Source: an uncultured Chloroflexia bacterium (GTDB taxonomy: Bacteria > Chloroflexota > Anaerolineae > Promineifilales > Promineifilaceae). From it: a stretch of DNA of 64,000 bases. Positions 37,837 through 49,769 of this stretch are shown here, in pieces; within the stretch, counting starts at the first letter, position 1; each line of letters starts with the position of its first letter. The DNA lies in assembly GCA_963749825.1 (NCBI GenBank), contig CAVVOI010000009.1:569362-633361 (forward strand). Direction: 5' to 3'. The position numbers and the translations under genes are program-made. The notes under the pieces were generated by a model. It saw only the letters and a program-made list of their open reading frames with translations. It was not told the origin of the DNA and made no database searches.

Positions 37837-39018
37837 TTAAAGTCCTTCTCGTGTTTCAGCTACCAGATTGTCGACCACAGCCTTAAGGGCTTCCCGCCTG
37901 TTTTCGTCGCCACCTTGTCTATTATAGACGTCGATTTGCCGGTCGGCGCTGGTCCCTTCCTTCAGAATTGTCCGGACGTAGTTAACTTCTTCGCGGCTAC
38001 CTAAATCATCCAAAACATCATCCAGAAACTCTAGAAGTTCTTCCATAAGGAAATGAAATGGGACCGCTTCTTCAATGCCAAAATCAATCATTTCTCCCTG
38101 GATGCCATAGCGTAGCGCTCGCCATTTGTTTTCGGTGATGTGCATATGCCGGTAGCGACGCCAGGATAAGTTGCTTTTGCGAATCTTGATCAATTTGGCG
38201 CATATGGCCTGGAATAAGGCAGCAACACAAACGGCATCTTCTATTTTTGTACAGATGTCCGAAATACGAAATTCCAACGTATCAAATAGGGGGTGAGGCC
38301 GGATATCCCACCAAATCTTAGCCACGGGATCTTGTTTGCCGAAAGAGCCAACCTTTTCCAAGGTTGATTCGAATGCCTTATATTCAGCCCACGAACTGAA
38401 AGTATGGGGTATCCCGGTTCGAGGCAACATTTCAAATACCACGCTTCGATAAGATTTCAGGCCACTATTGTAGCCATGCCAGAAGGGCGAACTGGTGGAT
38501 AAGGCCAGCAGATGGGGGATGAAATAACGGATCTGGTTCATGATCTCAATCATTAAGTCCTTGGCCTCGGGTTCTGGGCCAAAGCCGACATGAACGTGCA
38601 TGCCAAAGATTAATAATCCCCGGGCGACACGCTGCATATCGTCTAGAAGCTCTCTATAACGCACCCCTTCAGTTATGGTCTGCTCTTCCCACTTGGCAAA
38701 TGGGTGCGTCGAAGCGGCCGCAATTAGCAAATTGTTCTCCTCGGCCATGTCGATCACAGATCGGCGAAGGCGGACGATTTCCTGGCGAACTTCCTTGATA
38801 TTTCGACATACATGACTACCAACCTCGACCTGCGACTGCATCAACTCAGGTCTCAGGTTTAACCTAATGGACCGGCTTTCATCCTGTGACAGAAGTTCTG
38901 AGATGTAGGCGTGTAGATTGCGAGTATCGGGATCGATAATCTGATATTCCTCTTCAACGCCAAGGGTCAGTGGGATAGTCGGTATGGACATATCAAGCCT
39001 CCTGTCGTGAATATCCAA
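37837..39018 (-). CDS. Carboxylate-amine ligase, glutamate-cysteine ligase family 2 (YbdK-like)
   Basis: N-terminus LTLGVEEEYQIID and overall GCS2 pattern, 393 aa. Confidence 0.75.
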   Translation of the reverse strand: MDIHDRRLDMSIPTIPLTLGVEEEYQIIDPDTRNLHAYISELLSQDESRSIRLNLRPELMQSQVEVGSHVCRNIKEVRQEIVRLRRSVIDMAEENNLLIAAASTHPFAKWEEQTITEGVRYRELLDDMQRVARGLLIFGMHVHVGFGPEPEAKDLMIEIMNQIRYFIPHLLALSTSSPFWHGYNSGLKSYRSVVFEMLPRTGIPHTFSSWAEYKAFESTLEKVGSFGKQDPVAKIWWDIRPHPLFDTLEFRISDICTKIEDAVCVAALFQAICAKLIKIRKSNLSWRRYRHMHITENKWRALRYGIQGEMIDFGIEEAVPFHFLMEELLEFLDDVLDDLGSREEVNYVRTILKEGTSADRQIDVYNRQGGDENRREALKAVVDNLVAETREGL

Positions 39019-39027
39019 TTCTCCTGG

Positions 39028-40521
39028 TCACCAATTTCGTAGAAACTCGATTAATAGGCGGACTCCAAATCCGGTGCCCCCTCGATTGATATAACCCTGC
39101 TCCTTATCGCTGAATGCCACGCCGGCAATATCGATATGAGCCCAGGCATAATCGGTGAACTGTTTCAAGAAAATGGCCGATGTCGCAACGCCGCCCATGC
39201 GACCACCGGAATTCTTGACGTCGGCAACATCCGATTCTATTGCCTTCAAATAATCATCCCACAAGGGTAATGGCCAGACCCGTTCATGGGTTGTCCGTCC
39301 GGCAGCTACCAGTTTATCACGTAGCGTGTCATCTGTATTGAATAGCCCGGCCGCCATGTCTTTGCCCAGGGCGACGACACAGGCGCCCGTGAGGGTCGCT
39401 AAATCAATGACGGCTTTAGGGGAATATTTAGCGGCGTAAACTAAGCCATCTGCCAGCACCATTCGGCCCTCGGCATCGGTGCTGATAATCTCGATGGTCT
39501 TCCCGTTACTCGCTCGAATTACGTCGGCTGGCCGGTAGGCATTGGCGTCAGGCATATTCTCGGTGCACGGAGTTATACCAATGACTCGCAAGGGTATATT
39601 TAGAAGGCCTACCACCTTCATTGCACCCAAGACGGCCGCCGCTCCGCCCATATCAGACTTCATTAAGCCCATGTTTTGACTGGGCTTGATCGAGATACCA
39701 CCACTATCGAAGGTGATACCCTTTCCAACCAGGACGATGGTTTCAAGATCATCCCGGTCAGCATTGTGTTCCAGCACAATGAACTTTGGAGGTTCGCCGG
39801 CCCCTTTTGCTACGGCCAAAAACGCGCCCATATTTCGTTCAGCAGCCCATGAGCGGTCACCGATCGTGATTTTCATCTGGTGCTCGTTGGCGATTTTTTC
39901 TGCAATCTCGGCCATTTTGGTTGGCGTAGCAACATTGGGCGGCATATTGACCAAATCGCGAGCCAAAGCGACACCGTCGGCGATTGATTCACCGGTCCGA
40001 GCACTCGACTCGATTGGCGGTAGCTTGGCTGCATCAAATTCGATTATCGTCAAGGATTCAACCTTGTGTTGGCTTTTCGCTGCGATTTTTTCTGCTTGAT
40101 ATTGATAAAGACCAAGTACCGAACCTTCAACCGTTGCCTGGGCCGCGGCATCTACAGGCAAGCCAGCAATGCCACCTCCATGAACGATCGTGGCCACATC
40201 GACTGCATTTAGCTCTCGTGCCCGTTTGATGCCCGCTGCAGCCGCCTTGCGTACGCTTTCCAAGTCGAAATCTTCACGTTTGCCCAAGCCGACAACCAAT
40301 ACACGTTTGGCCGCCAACTTCTCTCGCGGGTAGAAGACGGCGACTGTTCCAATTTTGCCATTTAGATCGCCATTAGCTATCAATTCGCTTATTGCGCCCT
40401 CAAGTGCTTGATCTACCGCACCGGTGGCGCCGCCAGGAACCGTGACACCTTCGAATAAGTTGATGATAATAGTATCGCCCTTGCTATCTTGAATGCTGCC
40501 TTGGGCAATCGATATCTTCAT
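39028..40521 (-). CDS. pepA: Leucyl aminopeptidase (M17 family)
   Basis: M17 signature NTDAEGRL-like (STDAEGRMVLADG), VGKGITFDSGG. AAGGAG lies before the ATG at 40521. Confidence 0.9.
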   Translation of the reverse strand: MKISIAQGSIQDSKGDTIIINLFEGVTVPGGATGAVDQALEGAISELIANGDLNGKIGTVAVFYPREKLAAKRVLVVGLGKREDFDLESVRKAAAAGIKRARELNAVDVATIVHGGGIAGLPVDAAAQATVEGSVLGLYQYQAEKIAAKSQHKVESLTIIEFDAAKLPPIESSARTGESIADGVALARDLVNMPPNVATPTKMAEIAEKIANEHQMKITIGDRSWAAERNMGAFLAVAKGAGEPPKFIVLEHNADRDDLETIVLVGKGITFDSGGISIKPSQNMGLMKSDMGGAAAVLGAMKVVGLLNIPLRVIGITPCTENMPDANAYRPADVIRASNGKTIEIISTDAEGRMVLADGLVYAAKYSPKAVIDLATLTGACVVALGKDMAAGLFNTDDTLRDKLVAAGRTTHERVWPLPLWDDYLKAIESDVADVKNSGGRMGGVATSAIFLKQFTDYAWAHIDIAGVAFSDKEQGYINRGGTGFGVRLLIEFLRNW

Positions 40522-40594
40522 GGATACTCCTTGATTGAAGAAATTTATGGGATTTGTGAACAACTTTACACCGATGCGAAAGGATTAACAACTC

Positions 40595-41587
40595 TTGAAA
40601 ATACTCATACTTGGCGGAACGATATTCGTAGGCCGGCATATCGTCGAAGCAGCGATCAGCAGGGGGCATGAAGTTACCTTGTTCAATCGAGGTAGACACG
40701 AACCTGATTCATTTTCTGGCATAGAAAGACTCACCGGGGATCGAGACGGCGACTTGATGGCGCTCCGGGATCGTGATTGGGATGTGGTCATAGACACTTG
40801 TGGTTTTGTACCCCGAATCGTACGAGACTCGGCCGAAATGTTAGCGCCGGCTGTCGACCGGTATATATTTATCTCCTCCATCTCAGTCTATGCAGATTTT
40901 AGCCAACCGAATCTGGACGAGAACAGTAAGCTAGGTACTCTTGAAGATCCAACTATTGAGGAAATTAATGGAGAAAGTTATGGTCCATTAAAGGCCCTTT
41001 GTGAAACTGCCGTCGAAGAATCGATGCCTGGTAGGGTACTCATTATTCGGCCTGGCTTAATTGTTGGTCCTCATGATCCGACTGACCGGTTTACCTATTG
41101 GCCTCATCGTTTGGCACAGGGTGGAGAAGTATTGGTGCCCGGGGATCCCGATAGACAAGTTCAATTCATTGATGCGCGCGATCTGGCGTTGTGGACGGTC
41201 CTTATGGCCGAAAGGTCCGAAACAGGGGTGTTTCATGTCACAGGTCCAAGCGAGCCGCTGACTTTCGTGAATATGCTTGAACGGTGCAAGCAGGCGGTCG
41301 ATTCGCCTGCCAGACTCAGCTGGGTGACAGAAAAGTATTTGATTGACGAGAAAGTTGAGCCTTGGATGGAGCTACCGCTCTGGATTTCGGGCCCCGAAGC
41401 GAATGGGCTGATGAAAGTCGATATTGGCAAAGCTTTAACCGCAGGTCTTTCTTTCAGACCATTGGAAGAGACAGCACGGGATACAGTTGCCTGGGCGAAG
41501 ACCCGTCCGGCCGATCACGAATGGAAAGCGGGGCTGGATCCACAAAAGGAGTCGGATCTGCTAAGCAATTGGCACGATTTGGGTTGA
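40595..41587 (+). CDS. NAD-dependent epimerase/dehydratase family (SDR) protein
   Basis: N-terminal Rossmann motif MKILILGGTIFVGRHIV, 330 aa. Confidence 0.75.
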   Translation: MKILILGGTIFVGRHIVEAAISRGHEVTLFNRGRHEPDSFSGIERLTGDRDGDLMALRDRDWDVVIDTCGFVPRIVRDSAEMLAPAVDRYIFISSISVYADFSQPNLDENSKLGTLEDPTIEEINGESYGPLKALCETAVEESMPGRVLIIRPGLIVGPHDPTDRFTYWPHRLAQGGEVLVPGDPDRQVQFIDARDLALWTVLMAERSETGVFHVTGPSEPLTFVNMLERCKQAVDSPARLSWVTEKYLIDEKVEPWMELPLWISGPEANGLMKVDIGKALTAGLSFRPLEETARDTVAWAKTRPADHEWKAGLDPQKESDLLSNWHDLG

Positions 41588-41675
41588 GCCAGACAGCCGA
41601 GCCATCTGGCTCCGCTATCTGGCTTGGCGTGATCATGCCACGAACATGCTATCGGGCATCGGTCAATCGAGACAG

Positions 41676-41957
41676 CTATTTTACCTGGTCATTAATGTTA
41701 AAAGTAACGTTGCCCATATCTTTGACAATGACACCAATGCCCAAAGTGTTCCGGCCCCGTTTTAAGGGGAAGCCGGTTACCTTAACTGTTACGGCCTCAC
41801 CTTTTCGCATCAGAACTGAGTGATCGGCTGTCACATCCTCAAATCCTGCTTCTTGATCGCCATGAATGAATCGACATTGTTTCATCGGGATCGGACGCCT
41901 AATTAATTGCAAGGGCCGCGCCCCGATAATTCGAACCGGTCCAATTTCATTCTTCAT
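41676..41957 (-). CDS. Hypothetical 93-aa protein
   Basis: Clean ORF between convergent genes. No recognised motif. Confidence 0.3.
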   Translation of the reverse strand: MKNEIGPVRIIGARPLQLIRRPIPMKQCRFIHGDQEAGFEDVTADHSVLMRKGEAVTVKVTGFPLKRGRNTLGIGVIVKDMGNVTFNINDQVK

Positions 41958-42108
41958 CTGGAACTCAAAGCCCGATTCGTTCCCTTGTAGGCTGCCCTTG
42001 ACTTAGAGTGCCTTCAGCAAGAACTCGGGTATTTTGGCCAAAACAATCTTACCTCCGAGCTTTGTGGATCTATCAAGTTGGAGGCCTGGCTTGGGAATCA
42101 CGAATCAT

Positions 42109-43371
42109 TTAAGTCTCCATAAGCACAGGCTCTATGTGACTGATCGCCCAATCAATCTCATCCTTTGTGATTACCAGCGGCGGTGCGAATCGAATGACAT
42201 TCTCATGTGTTTCTTTACATAAAATACCACGATCGCGGAGTGACTCACAGAAGCGCCGGGCGGGGACATTCAGTTCAACACCGATGAAGAGACCTTTTCC
42301 TCTTATTTCTTTGATGTATTCGCTTTCGATTCTCTCCAGCCGGCCTTTAAAGTAAGCGCCCAAATGTGCGGATTGTTCGATTAAACCATCATCTTGTAAG
42401 ACTCTTAATGCTGCCCGGCCGATAGCGGCGCCTAATGGATTTCCACCGAAAGTGCTGCCATGATCCCCGGGTCTAAAAAGACCCAGGATTTCTTGATCAG
42501 CAATGACGGCCGAGACAGGATAAAAGCCGCCACTTAAAGCCTTGCCTAGGATGACGATATCCGGCCGGACGCCTTCGTGTTCAGAGGCCAGGAGACGGCC
42601 GGTTCGGCCGAGCCCCGTTTGGATCTCATCTGCGACCATGAGCACGTTGTGCCGATCGCAGATCTCGGCGGCGCTTTTCAAATAACCATCAGGAGGGATG
42701 ATTACTCCACCCTCTCCCTGAATCGGCTCGAATAGAAAGGCCACGGTATCAGGGGTTATAGCCGATTCCAAAGCAGCAGCATCTCCATAAGGAATGCGAA
42801 CGAATCCCGGGGTGAACGGACCGAAATCTTTGCGATATTTCTCTTCAGAAGAAAAACCAACGATCGTGGTCGTCCGGCCGTGAAAGTTGCCATCGCAAAC
42901 GATGATTTCAGCCCGATCCTTGGTTACTCCTTTAATCTGATAGCCCCACTTTCGCGCGGCCTTGATGGCCGTTTCAACAGCTTCCGCGCCGGTATTCATA
43001 AGCAGAGCCATGTCGTATTTCATCAGTTGACATAATTCTTCAAGAAAAGGACCCATTTGATCATTACGAAAGGCTCGGGATGTTAAAGTCACACGATTCA
43101 TTTGGTCGATGGCGGCAGCCCTGATGGCGGGGTTGTTATGCCCCTGGCTAACGGCCGAATATGCGCTCAGGCAATCAAGGTACTTGTTGCCCTCGACATC
43201 AAAAACCCATACGCCTTTAGCTTTTTCGATAACAACATCCAGGGGATGGTAATTGTGAGCGCCGAATCTGTCTTCAAGTTCGACGTATTTATCGCTGACT
43301 GATACTTTGGAAGTTTCTTCGATGGAATCCACCATCGACTCATCCAACTCAAGCAGTGAACGGTTATTCAT
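42109..43371 (-). CDS. rocD: Ornithine aminotransferase (class III PLP aminotransferase)
   Basis: [32 protein letters not shown] closely matches the OAT N-terminal region; PLP-binding region; 420 aa. Confidence 0.85.
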   Translation of the reverse strand: MNNRSLLELDESMVDSIEETSKVSVSDKYVELEDRFGAHNYHPLDVVIEKAKGVWVFDVEGNKYLDCLSAYSAVSQGHNNPAIRAAAIDQMNRVTLTSRAFRNDQMGPFLEELCQLMKYDMALLMNTGAEAVETAIKAARKWGYQIKGVTKDRAEIIVCDGNFHGRTTTIVGFSSEEKYRKDFGPFTPGFVRIPYGDAAALESAITPDTVAFLFEPIQGEGGVIIPPDGYLKSAAEICDRHNVLMVADEIQTGLGRTGRLLASEHEGVRPDIVILGKALSGGFYPVSAVIADQEILGLFRPGDHGSTFGGNPLGAAIGRAALRVLQDDGLIEQSAHLGAYFKGRLERIESEYIKEIRGKGLFIGVELNVPARRFCESLRDRGILCKETHENVIRFAPPLVITKDEIDWAISHIEPVLMET

Positions 43372-43706
43372 TTTGAGACTCCTTTCTAGACCTAACGATA
43401 TCCTGGTTCACCAAATCTGAATCAATTCCCAGAAGAGCTTCGACCAATTATGCGTGAAATGGCAAATGTTCCCGGGAATGAGGCTCACGATCATTCTTTC
43501 CTAACAGAGGGAGAATCAGGTGTAACCGGTCCAGAAAGGGTTAGTGAATTTATCGGGCTTGATCAATTTCGATTCTGCCTGGTGATAAGAGATGCTTGGG
43601 GTTTCTACTATCTGGATTGGATTCTTGCGCGTCAGAAACCCATCACTATAAATCCAGACTTTCCGATCTTCGAAATGAATTGTCTGGCTAAACTATCCAA
43701 CCTATT

Positions 43707-44474
43707 CTATCTGACACGCCCATATTTTTCACCAATGACGCTCTGTCCTTCATCAGATTGCAGCCAGGACAGAAAAAAGCGCAACTCTCCTTGAGGTTCG
43801 GCCGGCGAAATAAAGTATAGGGGCGTTGTTAGCGGGTAAATCTGATCGGCTGTCGTACCGGGAGTAGCAAAATGACCATTCAAGGGCAATGTTTTTGCTC
43901 TACTAGAATTTCCCATCATCGAATATCCTATCGCCCCAGATAGGTTCGATAAGGTCAAGTGCATGTTTTTATCATTGGTGGCTAATGTCGCCGAACCAAG
44001 CACTGGCTGACTGCCCATCACATGAGCGTCAAACAATGTGTGCGGGCCTGATCTGGCCTCCCTGACGACTAATTCAATGGGTAATTCGGGACCCCCTAAG
44101 AATGACCAATCTGTAATCTTGCCGGCAAAAACGTCTTTTGCCTCTGCTGCAGTGATCTCTAAATCCGAAATATTCGGGTCAACAACCAAAACCAAGCCAT
44201 CAACTGCGACCGGATTAAACCAATAGTTTCCATTTTCTGGCACTTGATGAAGTAAGACTGCGTCGATAAAGCCCTCTTCCAAATCACTCAGTAGAGTCTG
44301 ATCGTTGCCAACGATGAACTGAATAGGTGATCGCCCGTCTCCTGATGGCAGCTCACCCTCCAACAATGTTTCAATCGTACTGGCGCTATCACTCAAGCCA
44401 ATCCGAACGGGTAGTGGGGCAGACGTTACCGTGATTTCTGGTGGATGTGTCAACTCTTGTTGGCAGGCAGGCAT
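43707..44474 (-). CDS. PstS-like periplasmic phosphate-binding-fold protein (PBP superfamily), secreted
   Basis: ...VAVDGLVLVVDPNISDLEITAAEAKDVFAGKITDWSFLGG resembles the PstS motif IAYDGIAV.VN..NPV..LT..QLK.IF.GKITNW.ELG. Confidence 0.5.
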   Translation of the reverse strand: MPACQQELTHPPEITVTSAPLPVRIGLSDSASTIETLLEGELPSGDGRSPIQFIVGNDQTLLSDLEEGFIDAVLLHQVPENGNYWFNPVAVDGLVLVVDPNISDLEITAAEAKDVFAGKITDWSFLGGPELPIELVVREARSGPHTLFDAHVMGSQPVLGSATLATNDKNMHLTLSNLSGAIGYSMMGNSSRAKTLPLNGHFATPGTTADQIYPLTTPLYFISPAEPQGELRFFLSWLQSDEGQSVIGEKYGRVR

Positions 44475-44534
44475 TATAGGTCATTGTGATGAGTAGTCCA
44501 ATAACGCAGCAACTTAGCCGCCTTCGGCATGAGA

Positions 44535-45347
44535 TCATCTTATCAAGGTGATCAATAAATAGAGGGTTCCAAAGGATATACAGTAGGCGGCGAAGATATA
44601 TAGGCTGCGTCTCCGGACCCAATTCAACAAGAAAAGAATGCATATGTAACCGACAGCCGCTGCGACCAAAAAGGTTACCAGAAGTTCCGGAATCTGGTCA
44701 CTGACTGTTGGCGAGCGTGCCAGGTCTACGGCCGCCAGCAATCCGGCGCCGGCGATTGCCGGCACGCCCAACAAGAAGCTATACCGGGCAGCATCCGGCC
44801 GATTTAGGCCCCGGGACAAACCTGCCGTGATAGTAACGCCGCTTCTGGATATGCCTGGTATCAGCGCCAGCATTTGGGCAAGACCAATGGTGATTGCATC
44901 ACGCCAACTCATCTTAGAAACAGGCCGATCACCGGTTAAGAGTTTTTCGCCAACTATTAGGATAAAGCCAGTAATGATGAGCATCAAGGCAGCGATTGCC
45001 GGCTCTGCTAATACTTGATCAATCACATCGGCGAACAGTAGCCCGGCGAATACGGCCGGGATCGTGCCGACCAGGATATACCAGCCAAGCCTGGCATTAA
45101 CGCTGTTCAGAGGTTCCTTAACTCTTAAACCCTGGAAAACGGCCTTGGCGATATCCCATAAATCATGTCGAAAATATATGAGGATAGCTAGAAGCGTGCC
45201 TTGATGGGCGATGGCGATGGCATTGATATCGGGTTCAGACAAGTTGAATAGGCTGGGTACCAGGATAAGATGGCCCGAACTCGATATGGGTAGAAACTCT
45301 GTAGCTCCCTGTATTATTCCGAGAAGGATTGCTTCGATGATGGTCAC
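44535..45347 (-). CDS. uppP: Undecaprenyl-diphosphate phosphatase (BacA/UppP)
   Basis: LGIIQGATEFLPISSSGHL and PGISRSGVTITAGL motifs; 8 TM helices. Confidence 0.9.
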   Translation of the reverse strand: MTIIEAILLGIIQGATEFLPISSSGHLILVPSLFNLSEPDINAIAIAHQGTLLAILIYFRHDLWDIAKAVFQGLRVKEPLNSVNARLGWYILVGTIPAVFAGLLFADVIDQVLAEPAIAALMLIITGFILIVGEKLLTGDRPVSKMSWRDAITIGLAQMLALIPGISRSGVTITAGLSRGLNRPDAARYSFLLGVPAIAGAGLLAAVDLARSPTVSDQIPELLVTFLVAAAVGYICILFLLNWVRRRSLYIFAAYCISFGTLYLLITLIR

Positions 45348-45385
45348 TTTGTTTTTTGCCTATTATCTATTCAATGTCGCCCATA

Positions 45386-46531
<1,146 letters not shown>

Positions 46532-46617
46532 TCATATGGTGTTCATTGGTTTCCAGATCCAGTCACCGTGTCTTTGAAACGACAACCTCTCTTGGATTCA
46601 ACAGAAACCGTTAAAAG

Positions 46618-46646
46618 TTGACAGCCTGTCATTACTTTGCTAATAT
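46618..46646 (+). promoter_or_regulatory. Sigma70-like promoter: TTGACA (46618-46623), 17-bp spacer, TAATAT (46641-46646), driving the SAM riboswitch leader
   Basis: Consensus -35, optimal spacer, good -10. The transcription start is near 46653. Confidence 0.55.
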
Positions 46647-46669
46647 GTTCACCAACAATCGAATATATT

Positions 46670-46826
46670 TACACACTTTTTATCCAGAGAGGTGGAGGGA
46701 CCGACCCGATGAAGCCTCAGCAACCGCCACACAATTGTGAGTTTGGTGTGGAAATGGTGCTAATTTCGGCAGATGTGTTCGCTTTCTTGCATTAGGAAGC
46801 AGACTTCTGAGAGATGAGGAGTGGCT
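46670..46826 (+). ncRNA. SAM-I (S-box) riboswitch aptamer
   Basis: TTATCCAGAGAGGTGGAGGGACCGACCCGATGAAGCCTCAGCAACC...GGTGCTAATTTCGGCAG...GAGAGATGAGGAG matches the S-box consensus (AUCAAGAGNGGCGGAGGGACUGGCCCGAUGAAACCCGGCAACC...GUGCUAAAUCCAGCA...GAGAGAUAAGA) block by block. Confidence 0.85.
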
Positions 46827-46868
46827 GTACTAAAATAGTTGGCCTCTTCTAAGTTTCTTGAAGGGGTT

Positions 46869-46915
46869 GTTTTTTTAACGGCTCTTCGCTCTGGATATTT
46901 TGGCGAAGAGCTGTT
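46869..46915 (+). terminator. Riboswitch expression-platform intrinsic terminator (ggctcttcgc...gcgaagagc followed by tgttttttg)
   Basis: A 9-bp perfect stem followed by a T-run, about 45 nt after the aptamer and about 90 nt before the metB-like start. Confidence 0.6.
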
Positions 46916-47001
46916 TTTTGTTTTTATTTACGAATGCTGGGATCAACGAGCTTAAAAGATATCGTGAAACCAGCTACCAATCGCTCCAGTAGGAGGACGA
47001 G

Positions 47002-48273
47002 ATGATAAGGTTAGCAGATCCATTTACACCGGTAACCGTTTCTGAATTAGGGCAACAACAGGCTGGAAACTTAACCAAGTCGGTTCACGGAAAAATGGGC
47101 ATGCGTAGCTCCCAACCTCATCACGAACTAATTACCCCACTGGCTCAAACCGCAACCTATACGTTTGCGGACACGGCTGATTTACGGGCTTTCATGGAAG
47201 CGAAAATGTGGGGGATGGATCCGGACATGGCCGAACGCGGTGAATATGGCCGGTACGGCAACCCAACTGTCCGCTCAGTTGAAAGACGCCTAGCAGCTCT
47301 AGAAAATGGCGATGATGCTCTCTTGTTCCCAACCGGGATGGCGGCCATTACGAACATTCTGCTGTCCATGTTATCGGCCGGAAATCACGTCATCTTTACA
47401 GACGATTGTTACCGCAAAACACGCCAATTCTGCCAAAACTTTTTGGGCCGGCTGGGAATCGAATCCACTCAAGTCGCTATGGGAGATTATGAAGGACTGG
47501 AAGCAGCGATTCAGACCAATACCCGGGTGATTATCAGCGAAAGCCCAACCAATCCATATTTGCGTGTTGTCGATCTGGAACGATTAGTCCAGATAGCCCA
47601 AAAACATCGGGTGAAAACGATTATCGACGCTACATTTGCCACGCCGATCAACCAGCGACCACTTGATTTCGGGATCGATCTAGTTATCCACAGTGCGACC
47701 AAATATCTCAGTGGTCATAACGATATCATGGCTGGGGCTGTGATCGGTGAAAGCGGGTTGATTCACGCTTTGCGACAAAGCCAAGGTATGTTGGGCGGCG
47801 TCCTGGATCCCCATGCAGCTTTTTTACTTGAACGAGGGATAAAGACCCTGGGCATTAGAGTGGGTCAGCAAAATCGATCGGCCCAAGCGGTAGCAAATTA
47901 TCTTGAGAGTCACCCAAAGGTCCAGAGGGTCTGGTATCCTGGGCTATCTTCACACCCAGATCATGCCGTATCCCAAAAACAGATGGATGGGTTTGGCGGC
48001 GTTGTCAGCTTTGAAGTGGCACCAGTACCAGGCGAAGAGCCCTTGTCGAGCACTTCGCGATTCATCGATGCGATGACGATTCCTTATATCGCTCCTAGCC
48101 TCGGCGGCGTTGAGAGTCTTATCGAGCAACCAGCGCTCATGTCTTATTACGAGTTTTCCACTCAAGAGAGATTGGAAATTGGTATATCGGACAATCTGGT
48201 TCGCTTTGCAATTGGTATTGAAGATACGAGTGATATTCTTGCCGATTTAAATCAAGCCCTCGCCCAAGTTTAG
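47002..48273 (+). CDS. Cys/Met-metabolism PLP-dependent enzyme (cystathionine gamma-synthase / O-succinyl- or O-acetylhomoserine lyase family)
   Basis: PLP-lysine motif SATKYLSGHNDIMAG. AGGAGG RBS. 423 aa. Confidence 0.8.
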   Translation: MIRLADPFTPVTVSELGQQQAGNLTKSVHGKMGMRSSQPHHELITPLAQTATYTFADTADLRAFMEAKMWGMDPDMAERGEYGRYGNPTVRSVERRLAALENGDDALLFPTGMAAITNILLSMLSAGNHVIFTDDCYRKTRQFCQNFLGRLGIESTQVAMGDYEGLEAAIQTNTRVIISESPTNPYLRVVDLERLVQIAQKHRVKTIIDATFATPINQRPLDFGIDLVIHSATKYLSGHNDIMAGAVIGESGLIHALRQSQGMLGGVLDPHAAFLLERGIKTLGIRVGQQNRSAQAVANYLESHPKVQRVWYPGLSSHPDHAVSQKQMDGFGGVVSFEVAPVPGEEPLSSTSRFIDAMTIPYIAPSLGGVESLIEQPALMSYYEFSTQERLEIGISDNLVRFAIGIEDTSDILADLNQALAQV

Positions 48274-48289
48274 GGATAAGGAAATTTCG

Positions 48290-49690
48290 ATGACTTTAAT
48301 AATGAAATTTGGCGGGACATCGGTAGGAAGCTCGGAGGCAATTCAGCGGACTTCAGAGATTATTTGCGACACTCAACGTGACTGGTCGCAATTGGTCGTG
48401 GTCGCTTCGGCAATGAGTGGCGTTACAGACCTACTGCACGAAGGGGCAGCCACGGCCGCAGCGGGTAACGCAAACGTATATCGTGAAGTGGCCAATAACC
48501 TACGCCGAAGGCACTTCAAAACAGTTTCCGAGTTATTGTCGACCAGCCATGAGGGACAAAAATTAACGGCCGAGTTAGATAAATTTGTTGAGCGTTACGA
48601 ATCGCTCTGTAAAGCTGTTTTGGTGCTTGGCGAGTTGACGCCGCGGGCTTTGGATGCCATGACTTCGATCGGAGAAAGGATGAGCATCCGTTTATTGGCC
48701 GCGAATCTCAGGCATCAAGGCCAAGCCGCTCAGGCGATTGACGCTACAGAGTTAATTGTGACCGATGATTCCTATCAAAACGCAGTCCCAGATCTTGAAA
48801 AAACGAAGGCCTTGACCGAAGCGAGGCTACGGCCCTTATTGGATGAAGGTGTTGTGGCTGTAGTCACTGGGTTTGTAAGCGCAAATGAACAGGGGATCAC
48901 GACTACTTTGGGTCGGGGAGGATCGGACTACAGCGCTGCGATTCTCGGACAGGCTCTTGAAGCCCAAGAAGTCTGGATCTGGACGGATGTTGATGGTGTC
49001 ATGACGGCCGATCCACGCCTGGTACCCGAGGCGAGAACAATTAACACGCTGTCTTATCGAGAGGTGGCTGAATTGGCGTTTTATGGGGCCAAGGTATTGC
49101 ATCCCAAAACGATCCGCCCGGTCATTGAAAACGATATTCCCCTGAGGATTAAGAACACCTTCAATCCTCAAGGCACAGGTACCGAAATCATCCAAAATAG
49201 CGTGCAGCGCAATGGCAAAATAAAGGCCGTTACGGCTATCCGTAATCTAAGCCTAATAAACGTTGAAGGGAAGGGAATGTTAGGTGTTCCTGGTATCGCC
49301 GCTCGAACATTTGGAGCTGTCGCCGATTCGAAAGTTAGCGTCTTGCTGATTTCTCAGGCTTCTTCCGAGCAGTCGATTTGTTTTGCAGTTCCAACTGTTT
49401 CCGCTGATAGTGTTATCGCGAGCTTGGAGGGGGAGTTTGGCTCCGAGTTGACCAGGCGTGACATCGACCGGATTGTTGCCAAAGATAATGTGGCCATAGT
49501 AACCGTCGTTGGAGCGGGCATGCAAGGCACACCCGGAATATCCGGCCGGTTATTTAGCGCTTTGGGTGATCAACGAGTAAACATCATTGCCATCGCCCAG
49601 GGTTCTTCCGAATGCAGCATCAGTATGGTTGTTGACGAGGACGATACGGCCGACGCCGAAAAGGCGATTCATGCATTAATCGTCAAATGA
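48290..49690 (+). CDS. lysC: Aspartate kinase with two C-terminal ACT domains
   Basis: N-terminus MKFGGTSVGS, kinase core, tandem ACT regions. Only 16 bp after the metB-like stop, so likely co-transcribed. Confidence 0.85.
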   Translation: MTLIMKFGGTSVGSSEAIQRTSEIICDTQRDWSQLVVVASAMSGVTDLLHEGAATAAAGNANVYREVANNLRRRHFKTVSELLSTSHEGQKLTAELDKFVERYESLCKAVLVLGELTPRALDAMTSIGERMSIRLLAANLRHQGQAAQAIDATELIVTDDSYQNAVPDLEKTKALTEARLRPLLDEGVVAVVTGFVSANEQGITTTLGRGGSDYSAAILGQALEAQEVWIWTDVDGVMTADPRLVPEARTINTLSYREVAELAFYGAKVLHPKTIRPVIENDIPLRIKNTFNPQGTGTEIIQNSVQRNGKIKAVTAIRNLSLINVEGKGMLGVPGIAARTFGAVADSKVSVLLISQASSEQSICFAVPTVSADSVIASLEGEFGSELTRRDIDRIVAKDNVAIVTVVGAGMQGTPGISGRLFSALGDQRVNIIAIAQGSSECSISMVVDEDDTADAEKAIHALIVK

Positions 49691-49769
49691 TCAATTTGAA
49701 AGACCTCCGTTGCTAGCGGAATATTCCGTATCGATAGTTAGCAAAACAGAGTCCGAAATGAAGCATGGA

